DNA from: an uncultured Candidatus Saccharibacteria bacterium
GTDB taxonomy: Bacteria > Patescibacteriota > Minisyncoccia > Phycocordibacterales > CALRHW01
NCBI GenBank assembly: GCA_964407105.1
Contig: CAYOUG010000001.1
Coordinates: 164,273-228,272 of the forward strand
Direction: 5' to 3'
Length of the DNA stretch: 64,000 bases
Position 1 is the first letter of the stretch. Every line of letters starts with the position of its first letter. Shown in pieces: positions 1-9,638 of the stretch. The position numbers and the translations under genes were made by a program. The notes beneath the pieces are model-generated. The model saw only the letters and a list, made by a program, of their open reading frames with translations, did not search any database and was not told the origin of the DNA.

Positions 1-90
1 ACCAATTTTGGAAACATTGATGCTGGTGTAGAGGAGTTACAGTAAGGTAAGAGCGGTAAGAAAATCAAACAAAAAACATGTCTTTCGTAG

Positions 91-153
91 GGGGTCTCGA
101 GCGCGACGGCGCGAGAGCTTCAGGATTTTTTAAGCTTCAAAAAATCCGTACCC
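91..153 (+). repeat. family A GC-rich palindromic mini-element, copy A1 (63-bp core GGGGTCTCGAGCGCGACGGCGCGAGAGCTTCAGGATTTTTTAAGCTTCAAAAAATCCGTACCC)
   Basis: Near-identical 63-bp cores at 6125, 19496 and 25397 (reverse); lies in the loop of a local AT-rich inverted repeat (71-86 / 158-176); flanked by CGTAG direct repeats. Confidence 0.85.
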
Positions 154-217
154 GTAGAAAGACATGTTTTTTGTTTGGTTGAAAAGAGAAAATACCGAAA
201 ATGCATATTGAAAAATG

Positions 218-276
218 ACTCGCACAGGCACGACGGCGCCGAGCGGAGCAGAAAAACCAGCAGGCTTTTACGCATG
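218..276 (-). repeat. family B GC-rich element, copy B1 (reverse orientation)
   Basis: Core shares CGACGGCGCCGAGCGGAGCAG... with reverse complements of 16758-16831 and 61234-61306; sits between a 30-bp near-perfect inverted repeat (185-217 / 277-306). Confidence 0.7.
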
Positions 277-374
277 CATTTTTCAATATACATTTTCGGT
301 ATTTTCTATTTTATAAACCTTGCAAAATAGCCACATTTCCCCTACACTAAAAACCTATTTCATTTAAAAAACAT

Positions 375-1475
375 ATGGAAAAGGAAGATACAAAAAAGCA
401 TTATACAAACATAAAAATCTCTAAACTCGACAACTCAGAAATAGAAATTGAGGGAGAAATTCTTGCAGAGTATTTTGATGAACATCACAAAAACGCCCTA
501 AAAAAACTTCTAGCCAACGCAGAGGTGCCGGGTTTTCGAAAAGGCAATGCTCCAGAGAATGTTGTTCTTCAACACTACAGCGACGCCAAATTACTTGAGG
601 GCGCGGCGCAAGACGCACTCGACTCGCAATATTGGAATATTTTATCCGACAATTCCATTAAAGCTCTAGGAGAACCATCCGTAACAATCACCAAACTAGC
701 AAAAGGTAATCCTCTTGGATTTAAAATTAAAACGGCAGTGTTTCCAGAATTTACTTTGCCTGATTATAAAAAAATTGCGAAGAAAATTGCTGAAGAAAAA
801 GAAGAAGCGATAGAAGTCGAACAAAAAGAAGTCGACGAAATTTTAAAACAACTTCAACATTCAAAATTACACGAAAAAGAAGGTCGTGTTGAGCATAACC
901 ATTCATCAGACGATCATTTGGCCGACACAGAGCACAAGCATGATGAAAAGGACTTCCCTCCTCTAGATGACACTTTCGCACAATCTGTTGCTCCAGAATT
1001 TAAAACTCTCGCTGAACTTACAGAAAAAATCCGCGAAAACATGCTCGCTGAAAAAAAATATAAAGCAAAAGAAAAAAAACGTTTAAGTATTCTTGAAGCA
1101 CTTGTAGAAAAAACAGAAATTTCTGTTCCTGAAATTTTACTAGAAAGTGAACTTCAGAAAATGATCGCGCAATTTAAAGATGATGTTGCAAAAGCTGGCC
1201 TTACATACGAAACATACTTAGAACACGCCAAAAAAACTGAAGCGGATATTCGAAAAGAATGGCGAGAAAATGCAATGAAACGAGCAAAAACCCAACTCAT
1301 TTTAGGAAAAATTGGACGTGAAGAAAAAATTGAACTTGATGAAGCTGAAGTTACAAGAGAACTTGAACACATTATGTCTCATCACAAAGATGCAGATCGT
1401 TTTCGCGCACGAATGTTTATTGAAAACATGATGCAAAACGAAAAAGTACTAGAGTTTTTGGAAGGAGTAAAGTAA
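375..1475 (+). CDS. tig: trigger factor (ribosome-associated chaperone)
   Basis: N-terminal ribosome-binding motif PGFRKGNAP, typical TF length and domain order; has a His/Asp/Glu-rich low-complexity insertion. Confidence 0.85.
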   Translation: MEKEDTKKHYTNIKISKLDNSEIEIEGEILAEYFDEHHKNALKKLLANAEVPGFRKGNAPENVVLQHYSDAKLLEGAAQDALDSQYWNILSDNSIKALGEPSVTITKLAKGNPLGFKIKTAVFPEFTLPDYKKIAKKIAEEKEEAIEVEQKEVDEILKQLQHSKLHEKEGRVEHNHSSDDHLADTEHKHDEKDFPPLDDTFAQSVAPEFKTLAELTEKIRENMLAEKKYKAKEKKRLSILEALVEKTEISVPEILLESELQKMIAQFKDDVAKAGLTYETYLEHAKKTEADIRKEWRENAMKRAKTQLILGKIGREEKIELDEAEVTRELEHIMSHHKDADRFRARMFIENMMQNEKVLEFLEGVK

Positions 1476-1518
1476 GCAATACAAAAACATGCGTTTCTGA
1501 GCATCACCTAAATGAAAA

Positions 1519-1548
1519 GCCCCTAGTCGCGTGTGCGCGGCTAGGGGC
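1519..1548. terminator. GC-rich hairpin between convergent tig and the GC-rich ORF
   Basis: GCCCCTAGTCGCG-tgtg-CGCGGCTAGGGGC stem-loop; no clean U-tract. Confidence 0.4.
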
Positions 1549-1592
1549 TTGAGACCAAGTGATAGTGCTGTAGTGAAGCTAGAGCACGGAAC

Positions 1593-2297
1593 TCAGTCAG
1601 GATCGACTCGCGAGAGAAGGAATGCGAAGCTGTACAAACCGTGACCCGCTCGATTCCAATTATCCTCTGGCCAGACAACATCAAGTGTCTTTGCAGAATC
1701 TATAAAGCGTCTTTCAGAGACCGTTGGAGAATGATCGGCCTGGCGAATTCCGAGCCGAATCTGATTTTGATCCTCCACCTCGTGCATCATGGTCAGATTC
1801 CAAAGACCCATCTCCCTAACCTGGTTGTCCGTGAAAGCTTCACGAAGGAGGAAACATGCTTCTAAAGGAAGTGGCCGCAGACAACGTCTCGAAGCATCGG
1901 CGACGACCATATCGGTCGTCAAAAGCTGTCTGCTAGATGCAAGCCCACGCCCATCTATGATGGCGACAGTGTACTCCACACCGCTCGTCACTTCAAACTT
2001 GGACGATCGCACTGATTCAGACCACTGACTCCTCATGCCATTCCTCAACTCCATGCCCAGATGACGCTCCCAATCATTTTTCGTCATACCAGTCGAGGTG
2101 AGAGTAGTATAGACAACGTTACCGTTGCGACGCCACCTAACCTCCGGCTTCGTGATACGCCACTCGCTGGAGTTCACCAGCCGAATAGCTTCGTTGGGAT
2201 CTTCTGCGCCCGTCTGCCTCATAATGTTCTTCAACAAAGCATTGAGCTTCATGATCTCTGGGAGAACATTAACAATAACAAGTGGATTCTTTTCCAT
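1593..2297 (-). CDS. hypothetical protein, encoded in a GC-rich islet
   Basis: Longest ORF in a visibly GC-rich block (about 1560-2340) with GC-rich codon usage unlike its neighbours; no recognisable motif. Confidence 0.5.
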   Translation of the reverse strand: MEKNPLVIVNVLPEIMKLNALLKNIMRQTGAEDPNEAIRLVNSSEWRITKPEVRWRRNGNVVYTTLTSTGMTKNDWERHLGMELRNGMRSQWSESVRSSKFEVTSGVEYTVAIIDGRGLASSRQLLTTDMVVADASRRCLRPLPLEACFLLREAFTDNQVREMGLWNLTMMHEVEDQNQIRLGIRQADHSPTVSERRFIDSAKTLDVVWPEDNWNRAGHGLYSFAFLLSRVDPD

Positions 2298-2508
2298 GTC
2301 TGTCCTTCTGGGCTAAATCGCCCAAAGACTTTTTTCCTCTAATCCGAGGAAGGAGCACAGACCATTATGGTCATAGCCAGTAGGTGCCGATTCATTTCGG
2401 CCTCTTTTGGCTATGACCATCTCGCAATTTCTCAAAGAACGTTATGGAAATATTATACCTTTATTTATATATAACGTCAAGTACTTTGTACATCATATTA
2501 CACCCTTG

Positions 2509-3207
2509 TTAAGCCATCAAAAAGAGCGCACTAGACACAACAGCCGCCGTCTCTGCCCGTAAAATATATGTACCCAGCGTGCGAACCTCTGCGCTTCGTG
2601 TAGAAAAAAGTGCAAGTTCTGCATCACTCCACCCACCCTCAGGGCCAACAAAAAGACTCACGCTACCACTACCGTGTTTCTCTGTATCTTGTAGTGAAGT
2701 ACCAGACGGATCAAAAACAAAAACATGCGTTTCTGCGCATAGTGTAAGAGCATCTTCAGGCGACAAAGCCTTATGTATGTAAGGCAACGTTCCCCTTCCA
2801 GACTGTTCGCTTGCCTCAATTACAATTTTTTCTAAACGTTCAACATTTAAATCTTTTTTTTCTGAGCGCTCCGCGAGTATTGGAACAATGTGTGACACGC
2901 CAAGCTCGGTAGCTTTTTGCGCGACCCATTCAAAATTATCTTTTTTAATGAGCGCAACACACAGCCACACTTCGCGCGGTGGCGCTGGCACTTCTTTTGC
3001 ACCATCCACCGTCACCTCCGCTTTTTCTTTAGACAGCATTTCAATGATGCACTCATATTCTTTTCCTGATCCATCAAAAAGCACCACTTTGTTGCCCGCA
3101 CCAAGACGAAAAACTTTTTTCCATTGATGCAGTGTGTCGGGGTTGGTAATAGAAAGAGTAGAACGACTTCCTATTGTTTCATGTATAAAAAATCTATGTA
3201 ATCGCAT
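2509..3207 (-). CDS. rsmE: 16S rRNA (uracil1498-N3)-methyltransferase RsmE family
   Basis: C-terminal GPEGGWS and LRAETA motifs typical of RsmE; length 232 aa. Confidence 0.8.
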   Translation of the reverse strand: MRLHRFFIHETIGSRSTLSITNPDTLHQWKKVFRLGAGNKVVLFDGSGKEYECIIEMLSKEKAEVTVDGAKEVPAPPREVWLCVALIKKDNFEWVAQKATELGVSHIVPILAERSEKKDLNVERLEKIVIEASEQSGRGTLPYIHKALSPEDALTLCAETHVFVFDPSGTSLQDTEKHGSGSVSLFVGPEGGWSDAELALFSTRSAEVRTLGTYILRAETAAVVSSALFLMA

Positions 3208-3323
3208 GTCATTAGTGTAGACACGGCTGAGAAAAAAGCAATAGTTTCAGCGCGCAACATACCCGTTGCGTCGCGCGCCTCTTTGATATACTATTATTGA
3301 ACTTTATTATTAACCACAAAAAC

Positions 3324-3893
3324 ATGTTAATCCCAACAGTGATTGAAAAAACAAATTTTGGCGAGCGAGCATATGATATCTACTCTCGCCTACTTAAAGA
3401 GCGCATCATTTTTCTTGGTGGTCCAATTGATGATTACATGGCAAATATTGTGATTGCCCAACTTCTTTTTCTTGAATCAGAAGATCCAAAAAAGGATATT
3501 TCCTTGTATATCAATTCTCCAGGAGGATCTGTGACAGCAACTCTTGCAATGCTTGATACAATGAATCATGTAAAACCAGACGTTTCTACTGTGTGTGTTG
3601 GTATTGCAGCTTCGGGCGCAGCAATTCTTCTTGCTGGTGGAGCAAAAGGAAAACGACTTCTCCTTCCAAACGCTGAGGTGATGATTCATCAGCCGTGGGG
3701 TGGGGTGCAAGGACAAGCGACAGATATTGAAATCACCGCAAAACAAATTCTTAAAACCCGAGCAAAACTTAATAAAATTCTTGCGGACGCAACAGGTCAA
3801 TCACTTACACAAATAGAAAAAGATGTAGAACGTGATTATTTTATGGATGCCTCTGAAGCAAAAAAGTACGGGATTATTGATAAGGTGTTGTAA
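3324..3893 (+). CDS. clpP: ATP-dependent Clp protease proteolytic subunit
   Basis: [46 protein letters not shown]; start placed at the internal ATG 3324, the six-frame ORF begins at 3297. Confidence 0.9.
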   Translation: MLIPTVIEKTNFGERAYDIYSRLLKERIIFLGGPIDDYMANIVIAQLLFLESEDPKKDISLYINSPGGSVTATLAMLDTMNHVKPDVSTVCVGIAASGAAILLAGGAKGKRLLLPNAEVMIHQPWGGVQGQATDIEITAKQILKTRAKLNKILADATGQSLTQIEKDVERDYFMDASEAKKYGIIDKVL

Positions 3894-3911
3894 AGATTAA
3901 AAAATCATATG

Positions 3912-3946
3912 AAAAAAGCGACCATCAAAAGATGGTCGCTTTTTTC
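3912..3946 (+). terminator. intrinsic terminator after clpP
   Basis: AGCGACCATC-aaaa-GATGGTCGCT hairpin followed by a T-run. Confidence 0.7.
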
Positions 3947-4183
3947 AATACTTTTTACAAACCTCGACAAAATGCCCTTTTTCTTATACTATGAAATTGT
4001 TCATTTTATTTGAAATTTTTTAATTTAGATATTGTCGCTTTAAATTTCTTGACCGTATGACTCTAGCCATTATTTCTCTACTTCCCTTCTTTCCGTTACA
4101 CAAGAAAACATAGTCGGATAAGCCTGCTATAGCGAGGCACTTCTATTCGTGCAGGAAGACAAAGCGTCGGTATTCGCACACAT

Positions 4184-5713
4184 ATGTCAATCAAAACAAT
4201 TCTGCTCTTTGCGGGGTTTATGACAATTTTGGGTGTTGCGTTCGGATATTTTTTACGTCTCATAATTTCTCTAGGTAGAAAAGGTTCCATGGAGCTTGAT
4301 ATCAAGCAAATGGAGCTTAAAAGCAGAGAACAAGCACAAAAAATAATTACTGAGGCAGAGGAAAAAGCCGAACACACCCTAAAAGAAGCCCGTATTGAAG
4401 TAAAAGAAAAAGAAGAAAAACTGAAAAAAGCTGAGGATCGCATCATTAAAAAAGAAGAGTTACTAGACAAACGACAAATAGATATCGATTCAGAAGTAGA
4501 ATATATAAAAAATCGAATTGAGGAAGTAAAATCTATAAAAGAGCGCGCTGATGGATTACTTTTGGAACGTGAACAAAATCTACAAAAAGTAGCTAATTTA
4601 AGCGTGGAAGCAGCAAAAGAAGAAGTTTTTGCGATTGTAGAAAAAAAACACGAGGAAGACATACTTGTACGTATGCAAAAACTTGAAATGCTCGGTGCAG
4701 AAAAGCTCGACCGTCGAGCAAAAGATATTTTAGCTACTTCTATTCAGCGTCTTGCTACGTCGGTGTCTTCTGAAATGCTTACTACTACAGTACAAATCCC
4801 AAGCGATGAAGTAAAAGGAAAAATTATTGGAAAAGAGGGTCGAAATATTAAGGCATTTGAGCGCGCGACCGGCGTAGAAATAATCGTCGACGACACGCCG
4901 GGGGCTATTACCATCTCGTCGTTTGATCCTGTGCGACGACAGGTCGCGCGCGTCGCACTCGAAGCACTCATTGCAGACGGCCGTATTCAGCCTGCAAAAA
5001 TCGAAGAAATGGTTGAGAAATCAAAAAACGATATCAATAAAATTATAAAAGATCAGGGTGAGGCGGCTGCATATGAGTGTGGGGTACTAAATCTAGATCC
5101 ACGCATCATCGCCATCCTTGGACGTCTACATTTTCGTACAAGTTACGGTCAAAATGTGCTTCAGCACTCTATAGAAATGACGCACATAGCAGGAATGCTT
5201 GCTGAAGAACTTGGCGCAAATGTGGCAGTAGCAAAAGCCGGCGCACTTCTTCACGACATCGGCAAAGCGCTCGATCACGAAGTAGCGGGTTCTCATGTAG
5301 AAATCGGACGCAGAATTTTGCAAAAATTTGGTGCTAGTGAAGAAATCGTTAAAGCAATGCAAGCACATCACGAAGAATACCCTTATGAAACAATCGAATC
5401 TATTATCGTACAGGTAGCTGATGCTATTTCAGGTGGTCGTCCGGGTGCACGACGTGACACAGTAGAAAATTATCTCAAACGTCTTGGTGATCTTGAAGCA
5501 ATCGCAACAGGTTTTAAGGGTGTAGAAAAATCATATGCCCTTCAAGCCGGAAGAGAAATTCGTGTGTTTGTTTTTCCTCAACAAGTGACAGAACTTGAAG
5601 CAAAAAATATGGCCCGAGATATCGCTCTAAAAATCGAAAATGATTTAAAATATCCAGGTGAAATTAAAGTAAATATTATTCGCGAATCTCGTTTCATAGA
5701 ATTCGCTAGATAA
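4184..5713 (+). CDS. rny: ribonuclease Y
   Basis: N-terminal TM helix, coiled coil, KH domain (GKEGRNIKAFERATGVEIIVDD) and HD domain (LLHDIGKA); contains a GC-rich codon patch at 4861-4951. Confidence 0.9.
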   Translation: MSIKTILLFAGFMTILGVAFGYFLRLIISLGRKGSMELDIKQMELKSREQAQKIITEAEEKAEHTLKEARIEVKEKEEKLKKAEDRIIKKEELLDKRQIDIDSEVEYIKNRIEEVKSIKERADGLLLEREQNLQKVANLSVEAAKEEVFAIVEKKHEEDILVRMQKLEMLGAEKLDRRAKDILATSIQRLATSVSSEMLTTTVQIPSDEVKGKIIGKEGRNIKAFERATGVEIIVDDTPGAITISSFDPVRRQVARVALEALIADGRIQPAKIEEMVEKSKNDINKIIKDQGEAAAYECGVLNLDPRIIAILGRLHFRTSYGQNVLQHSIEMTHIAGMLAEELGANVAVAKAGALLHDIGKALDHEVAGSHVEIGRRILQKFGASEEIVKAMQAHHEEYPYETIESIIVQVADAISGGRPGARRDTVENYLKRLGDLEAIATGFKGVEKSYALQAGREIRVFVFPQQVTELEAKNMARDIALKIENDLKYPGEIKVNIIRESRFIEFAR

Positions 5714-5817
5714 AAACACAAAAACAACTCTGTGTATAGTAGCTTGCGCTAAAAAAGCCTTATTATATAATGACAGAGTAATCAAAAAACGATTATTAAT
5801 AAGCCAATAGCAACACT

Positions 5818-6090
5818 ATGAACAAACAAGCAATTGCAGAAGCAGTGCATGTAAAATTGGGTGGAACAAAAGCTCAAGCAGAAGAATTGGTAGATATGAT
5901 AATTGATTCTATCGTTTCGACACTAAAAAAAGGAGACGAGGTTTCAATTGCTGGTCTTGGTATTTTTTCTACAAAAACACGAGCCGCACGACAAGCTCGA
6001 AATCCTCGCACAGGAGAATCTATTCAGGTTCCTGCGATGCGAGTTCCAAAGTTTCGCGCAGCTAAAGCACTCAAGGACGCGGTGAAATAG
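5818..6090 (+). CDS. hup: DNA-binding protein HU
   Basis: 90 aa; GxGxF..RxxRxGRNPxTGE..I HU signature. Confidence 0.9.
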   Translation: MNKQAIAEAVHVKLGGTKAQAEELVDMIIDSIVSTLKKGDEVSIAGLGIFSTKTRAARQARNPRTGESIQVPAMRVPKFRAAKALKDAVK

Positions 6091-6124
6091 TGTTTCGAGT
6101 CTAAAAAGAAAACAGCTTTCGTAG

Positions 6125-6187
6125 GGGGTCTCGAGCGCGACGGCGCGAGAGCTTCAGGAATTTTTAAGCTTCAAAAATTCCGTACCC
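6125..6187 (+). repeat. family A element copy A2, in the loop of the hup terminator hairpin
   Basis: 63-bp core flanked by CGTAG direct repeats and a 24-bp local inverted repeat (6097-6120 / 6188-6215); internal hairpin shows compensatory change GGAATTTTT/AAAAATTCC versus GGATTTTTT/AAAAAATCC in the other copies. Confidence 0.85.
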
Positions 6188-6344
6188 GTAGAAAGCTGTT
6201 TTCTTTTTTAGACTCTATTACTTTATACTAATCAACAAAAAACGGCCTCCTCGCTAACCCGCTCGAAGGCTGTTTTTTTATTGTTTTTTAATTGCTTTTA
6301 TTATTTAAATCATTAGTATAATCCTAGAGAAAGGAGTGTTTGCA

Positions 6345-6620
6345 ATGCCAAAAAACACTCAAGACACTGGCGTGAAATGTGTTATTCCAAATTGTGGTGG
6401 ATTTATTGTTGCAGAAATCGAACAAATAAAAACCGTGCCACTTGACCAAATACCATTTGGATCAAGTGGAATGAACTGCTTTGAAGTTGTAATTCACTTT
6501 CACTGCAGCAACCCACATTGCCAAGTAGCGTACCACTGCCCACCAGGAAAAGAAACACACGACAAAGATTGGTGGACTAAAGAAATAATGAAAAGGAGAC
6601 GAACACAAAACTTAGACTAG
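6345..6620 (+). CDS. small Cys/His-rich hypothetical protein (possible zinc-binding)
   Basis: AGGAG 8 nt upstream of the ATG at 6345; CxxxxC and HFHCSNPHC..HCPPG spacing. Confidence 0.5.
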   Translation: MPKNTQDTGVKCVIPNCGGFIVAEIEQIKTVPLDQIPFGSSGMNCFEVVIHFHCSNPHCQVAYHCPPGKETHDKDWWTKEIMKRRRTQNLD

Positions 6621-6663
6621 TGTTTTGTAAGTCATTGCAAAACACAATCCCCGCCCCGTAATA

Positions 6664-6695
6664 GGGGTGGTTTTTTATTCTAAAAAAACCACCCC
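6664..6695. terminator. bidirectional terminator hairpin
   Basis: GGGGTGGTTTTTT-attc-TAAAAAAACCACCCC between convergent genes. Confidence 0.5.
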
Positions 6696-6698
6696 ACC

Positions 6699-7403
6699 CT
6701 ACTCACTAAAAAATCCTGTTCCAATATTTTTTACAACAACAGAAGATGGTAAATCACCAGACTGATCAAGACGAAGTGTAAAAATATATGTACCCGGCTG
6801 AACAATATCAAACCCCATTATTTGTTTTTTAGATTCTGTTCCATAAAAACGTTCGTCCATATAACCCAAATCTTTTCCATCAAGAAATGCCGTAAATATT
6901 CCCTGCGCAACACTGTCACTCGTAAAATCCAAATCAAAATATAAATAATTGGAAGGTTTTGTGGTTGTTACGGCAAAAGAAACCCAGTTTGATCGTGCTT
7001 GAGAGGTAGATTTTATTGCAACAACACTACCAGACTGAACGGTTGCAAAAGAAAGATTATTTGATGTGTACTGAGAATTAAAAACATCCACCAATGGACC
7101 ATCAACCATTGTTTGTTGAATAGCTACAGCGGTAGCCTGAGTTTGATTTGAAACTGTAGCGGCAACATTTTTGGCAGAAGCAACGGCATTTGCTAGTGGA
7201 ATATTTTCATTTTGAGGTTTTTTTGTATTTAAATCATCCCAGCTAAGCTCATTTTTGTATGCCACAAATTCTTTACGCAAAAACAAAGATTTTATAAAAC
7301 TAATTAGTGTTTTGTCATTAATATAATTCCACCACGCTGCATGTGTTACGAGTGGAATAAAAAAAAGGCCACTCAATAAAATATAAAAAGTTATTTTCTT
7401 CAC
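6699..7403 (-). CDS. secreted or membrane-anchored hypothetical protein
   Basis: The six-frame ORF extends to 7568 but overlaps the tRNA-Gly; trimmed to a GTG at 7403 giving an N-terminal MKKITFYILLSGLFFIPLV signal/anchor; start uncertain. Confidence 0.5.
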   Translation of the reverse strand: MKKITFYILLSGLFFIPLVTHAAWWNYINDKTLISFIKSLFLRKEFVAYKNELSWDDLNTKKPQNENIPLANAVASAKNVAATVSNQTQATAVAIQQTMVDGPLVDVFNSQYTSNNLSFATVQSGSVVAIKSTSQARSNWVSFAVTTTKPSNYLYFDLDFTSDSVAQGIFTAFLDGKDLGYMDERFYGTESKKQIMGFDIVQPGTYIFTLRLDQSGDLPSSVVVKNIGTGFFSE

Positions 7404-7450
7404 AAATATATTATAGCGTAAACAAAACCAACCAGCGAGAAATATTTCTG

Positions 7451-7521
7451 TGCGGGATGGGAGAATCGAACTCCCAACCTCGGTTTGGAAAACCGATATT
7501 ATACCATTTAACCAATCCCGC
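7451..7521 (-). tRNA. tRNA-Gly (anticodon UCC)
   Basis: Cloverleaf folded by hand: acceptor GCGGGAT/ATCCCGC, anticodon loop TTTCCAA, T-loop GTTCGATTC. Confidence 0.85.
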
Positions 7522-7606
7522 TTGAGCGCCCGAGCACTATGTATTTCAAACGATCTCCAAACGAACAAGGGTTATACTAGCAAAAAAGTATATGCTAATC
7601 AATCTT

Positions 7607-7921
7607 TTACTGGTCGACTTTTTTCGTCTTCGCTATTTTAATAATCTCATCGAAATTATCTCTTGATGAAACCTTGTTTCTTTTGATCGCACCACATTTT
7701 TCACAAACAAAAACCAAATCATACTTCCCGACTATTCCCTCCACACCCACAGGCTTCATCATTCCCCCACAACCCGCTTCCCTGTCGCCAGGATGAATGT
7801 CCACATGCTTGCTCCACAAACATGTGGCGCAATGATTTGTAAAACCATTGCCGGCGTTTTCCGCATTACAGTGTTCGCATGTAAAATCTTCTTTACGTTT
7901 TTTAAATACTTCTGAGCTCAT
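7607..7921 (-). CDS. RNHCP-domain protein (zinc-ribbon-like)
   Basis: NHCATCLWSKHVD plus CEHC and CEKC pairs match the RNHCP domain signature. Confidence 0.65.
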   Translation of the reverse strand: MSSEVFKKRKEDFTCEHCNAENAGNGFTNHCATCLWSKHVDIHPGDREAGCGGMMKPVGVEGIVGKYDLVFVCEKCGAIKRNKVSSRDNFDEIIKIAKTKKVDQ

Positions 7922-7924
7922 ATG

Positions 7925-8548
7925 TTATCTCGGAGTTAAATTATACGTCCCTATCTGTACAGCAAACACAAGAAAAAGAAATACTACTGAAACATCGGTA
8001 AAAGACCACCACACTGCGCTTGTAGCCATTACACCAGCAAGATGAATATATTTCCACGGACATTTCATATGCAAAAGCACTGGAATAGTTTTCATTCCCT
8101 CTTCCCCGTCTTTTTTCACATCCCGCAGATCTCCAAGAAAATTTCTAATTAATGTAAGAGAAAACGCAAACAAAGAAAGCGGATTCAAATAACCAACAAT
8201 TCCAGCTGAAAGCACAAAATTTTGAGCTCCACGAAGAAAAGGACTAGCTACACCCCAATATGAATGTTTTTTCTTTGTATAAAGATAAGCCAAGAAAATA
8301 AAAAGAATTCCTTCTGTTTTTTTAAAGAGAAGCAAACCAGCCAAAAACAATACGTAATCAAGATATTTTGGTAATTTTGTCCTATAAGAATGCTTGTGTC
8401 CCAACTCCAAATGCGCCAAAAAACCAATCCATAAAAACAAAACACCCAAACCTTGAGCAAAAGTGGCTTGAGTAGCAAGCAAAAGCCACACAAGATCCAC
8501 AAGAGAATAAAGTCTTAATTGGCCTAAATAATTTAGAAAAACCTTCAT
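7925..8548 (-). CDS. UbiA-family prenyltransferase-like membrane protein, apparently lacking the N-terminal half
   Basis: Polytopic membrane protein carrying the second UbiA motif DLRDVKKDGEEGMKTIPV; start set at an internal Met because the longer ORF runs antisense through tRNA-Pro. Confidence 0.45.
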   Translation of the reverse strand: MKVFLNYLGQLRLYSLVDLVWLLLATQATFAQGLGVLFLWIGFLAHLELGHKHSYRTKLPKYLDYVLFLAGLLLFKKTEGILFIFLAYLYTKKKHSYWGVASPFLRGAQNFVLSAGIVGYLNPLSLFAFSLTLIRNFLGDLRDVKKDGEEGMKTIPVLLHMKCPWKYIHLAGVMATSAVWWSFTDVSVVFLFLVFAVQIGTYNLTPR

Positions 8549-8561
8549 ACCGTTAAAATAT

Positions 8562-8637
8562 TGGTCGGGGCGCCGGGATTCGAACCCGGAGTCACTTGTT
8601 CCCAAAACAAGCATGTTAGCCGTTACACCACGCCCCG
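8562..8637 (-). tRNA. tRNA-Pro (anticodon UGG), CCA encoded
   Basis: Hand fold: acceptor CGGGGCG, anticodon loop TTTGGGA, T-loop TTCGAAT, 3' CCA. Confidence 0.85.
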
Positions 8638-8729
8638 AAAATCGTTTTATAAAACAAAATCGCTAAAAACCAATGTAGGTTATACTAGCACACGAATTTA
8701 AAAATCGCTAACAAAAAATAATGAAAATA

Positions 8730-9209
8730 TTATACATTAATATTCTCTATAACAGACACTTTCGCTCGCCTAGTGGAAAAATCTAAAACAACTGTAATTC
8801 CGTCTATCTGAAGGGGTGTTTCATGTGGAACATGAAACTTAAGAAGATAGAGCTGAACTGTTTTTGAGAAACGTTCGAGTTTTCGAAAATGTATGTTTTC
8901 CTCTGCGCGATATGAGTTTTTCTTTGTTTGCTCATCGTCCCCCACCCTTTTTCTTTCACGTGAAACAGTTTTTACTTCAAAAAAGTGTAGGGTTTTGATA
9001 TTTTGACCATCTTTCGTGTGATTTTTTATAGCCATGATATCTATTTCTCCACATTTTTGCCTAAAATTTCTCCCAACAACCTGAAAACCTTGTTTCACAA
9101 GAAACTTACATGCGATTTCCTCTCCCAAGACACCAACCTTTAAATGATCTGGCTTTTTTGTTTCTATATCTGGTTTTTTTGTAATTTTTGCTCTTTTGTC
9201 ACGTTTCAT
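8730..9209 (-). CDS. yraN: YraN-family (UPF0102) endonuclease-like protein
   Basis: GEEIACKFLVKQGFQVVGRNFRQKCGEIDIMA matches the YraN N-terminal signature. Confidence 0.7.
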   Translation of the reverse strand: MKRDKRAKITKKPDIETKKPDHLKVGVLGEEIACKFLVKQGFQVVGRNFRQKCGEIDIMAIKNHTKDGQNIKTLHFFEVKTVSRERKRVGDDEQTKKNSYRAEENIHFRKLERFSKTVQLYLLKFHVPHETPLQIDGITVVLDFSTRRAKVSVIENINV

Positions 9210-9507
9210 GATTAACATTGTTTCACGTGAAACATATTTTGAGGTTATTTAATAAAAAATCCTTAATATAAGCCATATTTCAATGAAAGACAGTTTGTAA
9301 TAGACAGAAAAATACCTGTCTTTTATACACATGTCCCCAGAGTTATCCACAGTTTTAAGGGTTTTTACCCATCAATTGAGACAAAATAAAAGACTTAAAA
9401 CGTCACATCGAAAAAAGCGTCACGCGTATTTAGGACAAAACTAGGACAAAACATTATTTCAATAAAAAAACGTCGCTTAACCACCACACCAACACCGTCT
9501 ATAAAAA

Positions 9508-9581
9508 TGGTGCGGGCAGGGAGAATCGAACTCCCGTCTCGTCCTTGGCAAGGACGTGTTCTACCACTAAACCATGCCCGC
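9508..9581 (-). tRNA. tRNA-Gly (anticodon GCC), CCA encoded
   Basis: Hand fold: acceptor GCGGGCA, anticodon loop TTGCCAA, T-loop TTCGATTC. Confidence 0.85.
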
Positions 9582-9638
9582 AATGATGTAATTATAAAGA
9601 AAAGATAAAATATAATCTACCCATGTTAACAAATCTTG

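Noticed and set aside
91-153. Family A core as a cloning-site artefact (contains BsaI GGTCTC, XhoI CTCGAG and HindIII AAGCTT sites)
   Set aside because: The four copies differ by point and compensatory changes, sit in different matched local hairpins, and one is inverted. This pattern indicates natural propagation, not vector contamination. Read-level inspection is still advisable.
4096-4662. 188-aa minus-strand ORF, low-complexity and Ser-rich
   Set aside because: Runs entirely antisense to the well-supported rny gene; composition typical of a shadow ORF in a Lys/Glu-rich coiled-coil region.
7450-9583. Several 60-104-aa ORFs overlapping tRNA genes (7450-7641+, 9395-9583-, 7848-8045+)
   Set aside because: They overlap or run antisense to tRNAs or better-supported CDSs; no motifs.
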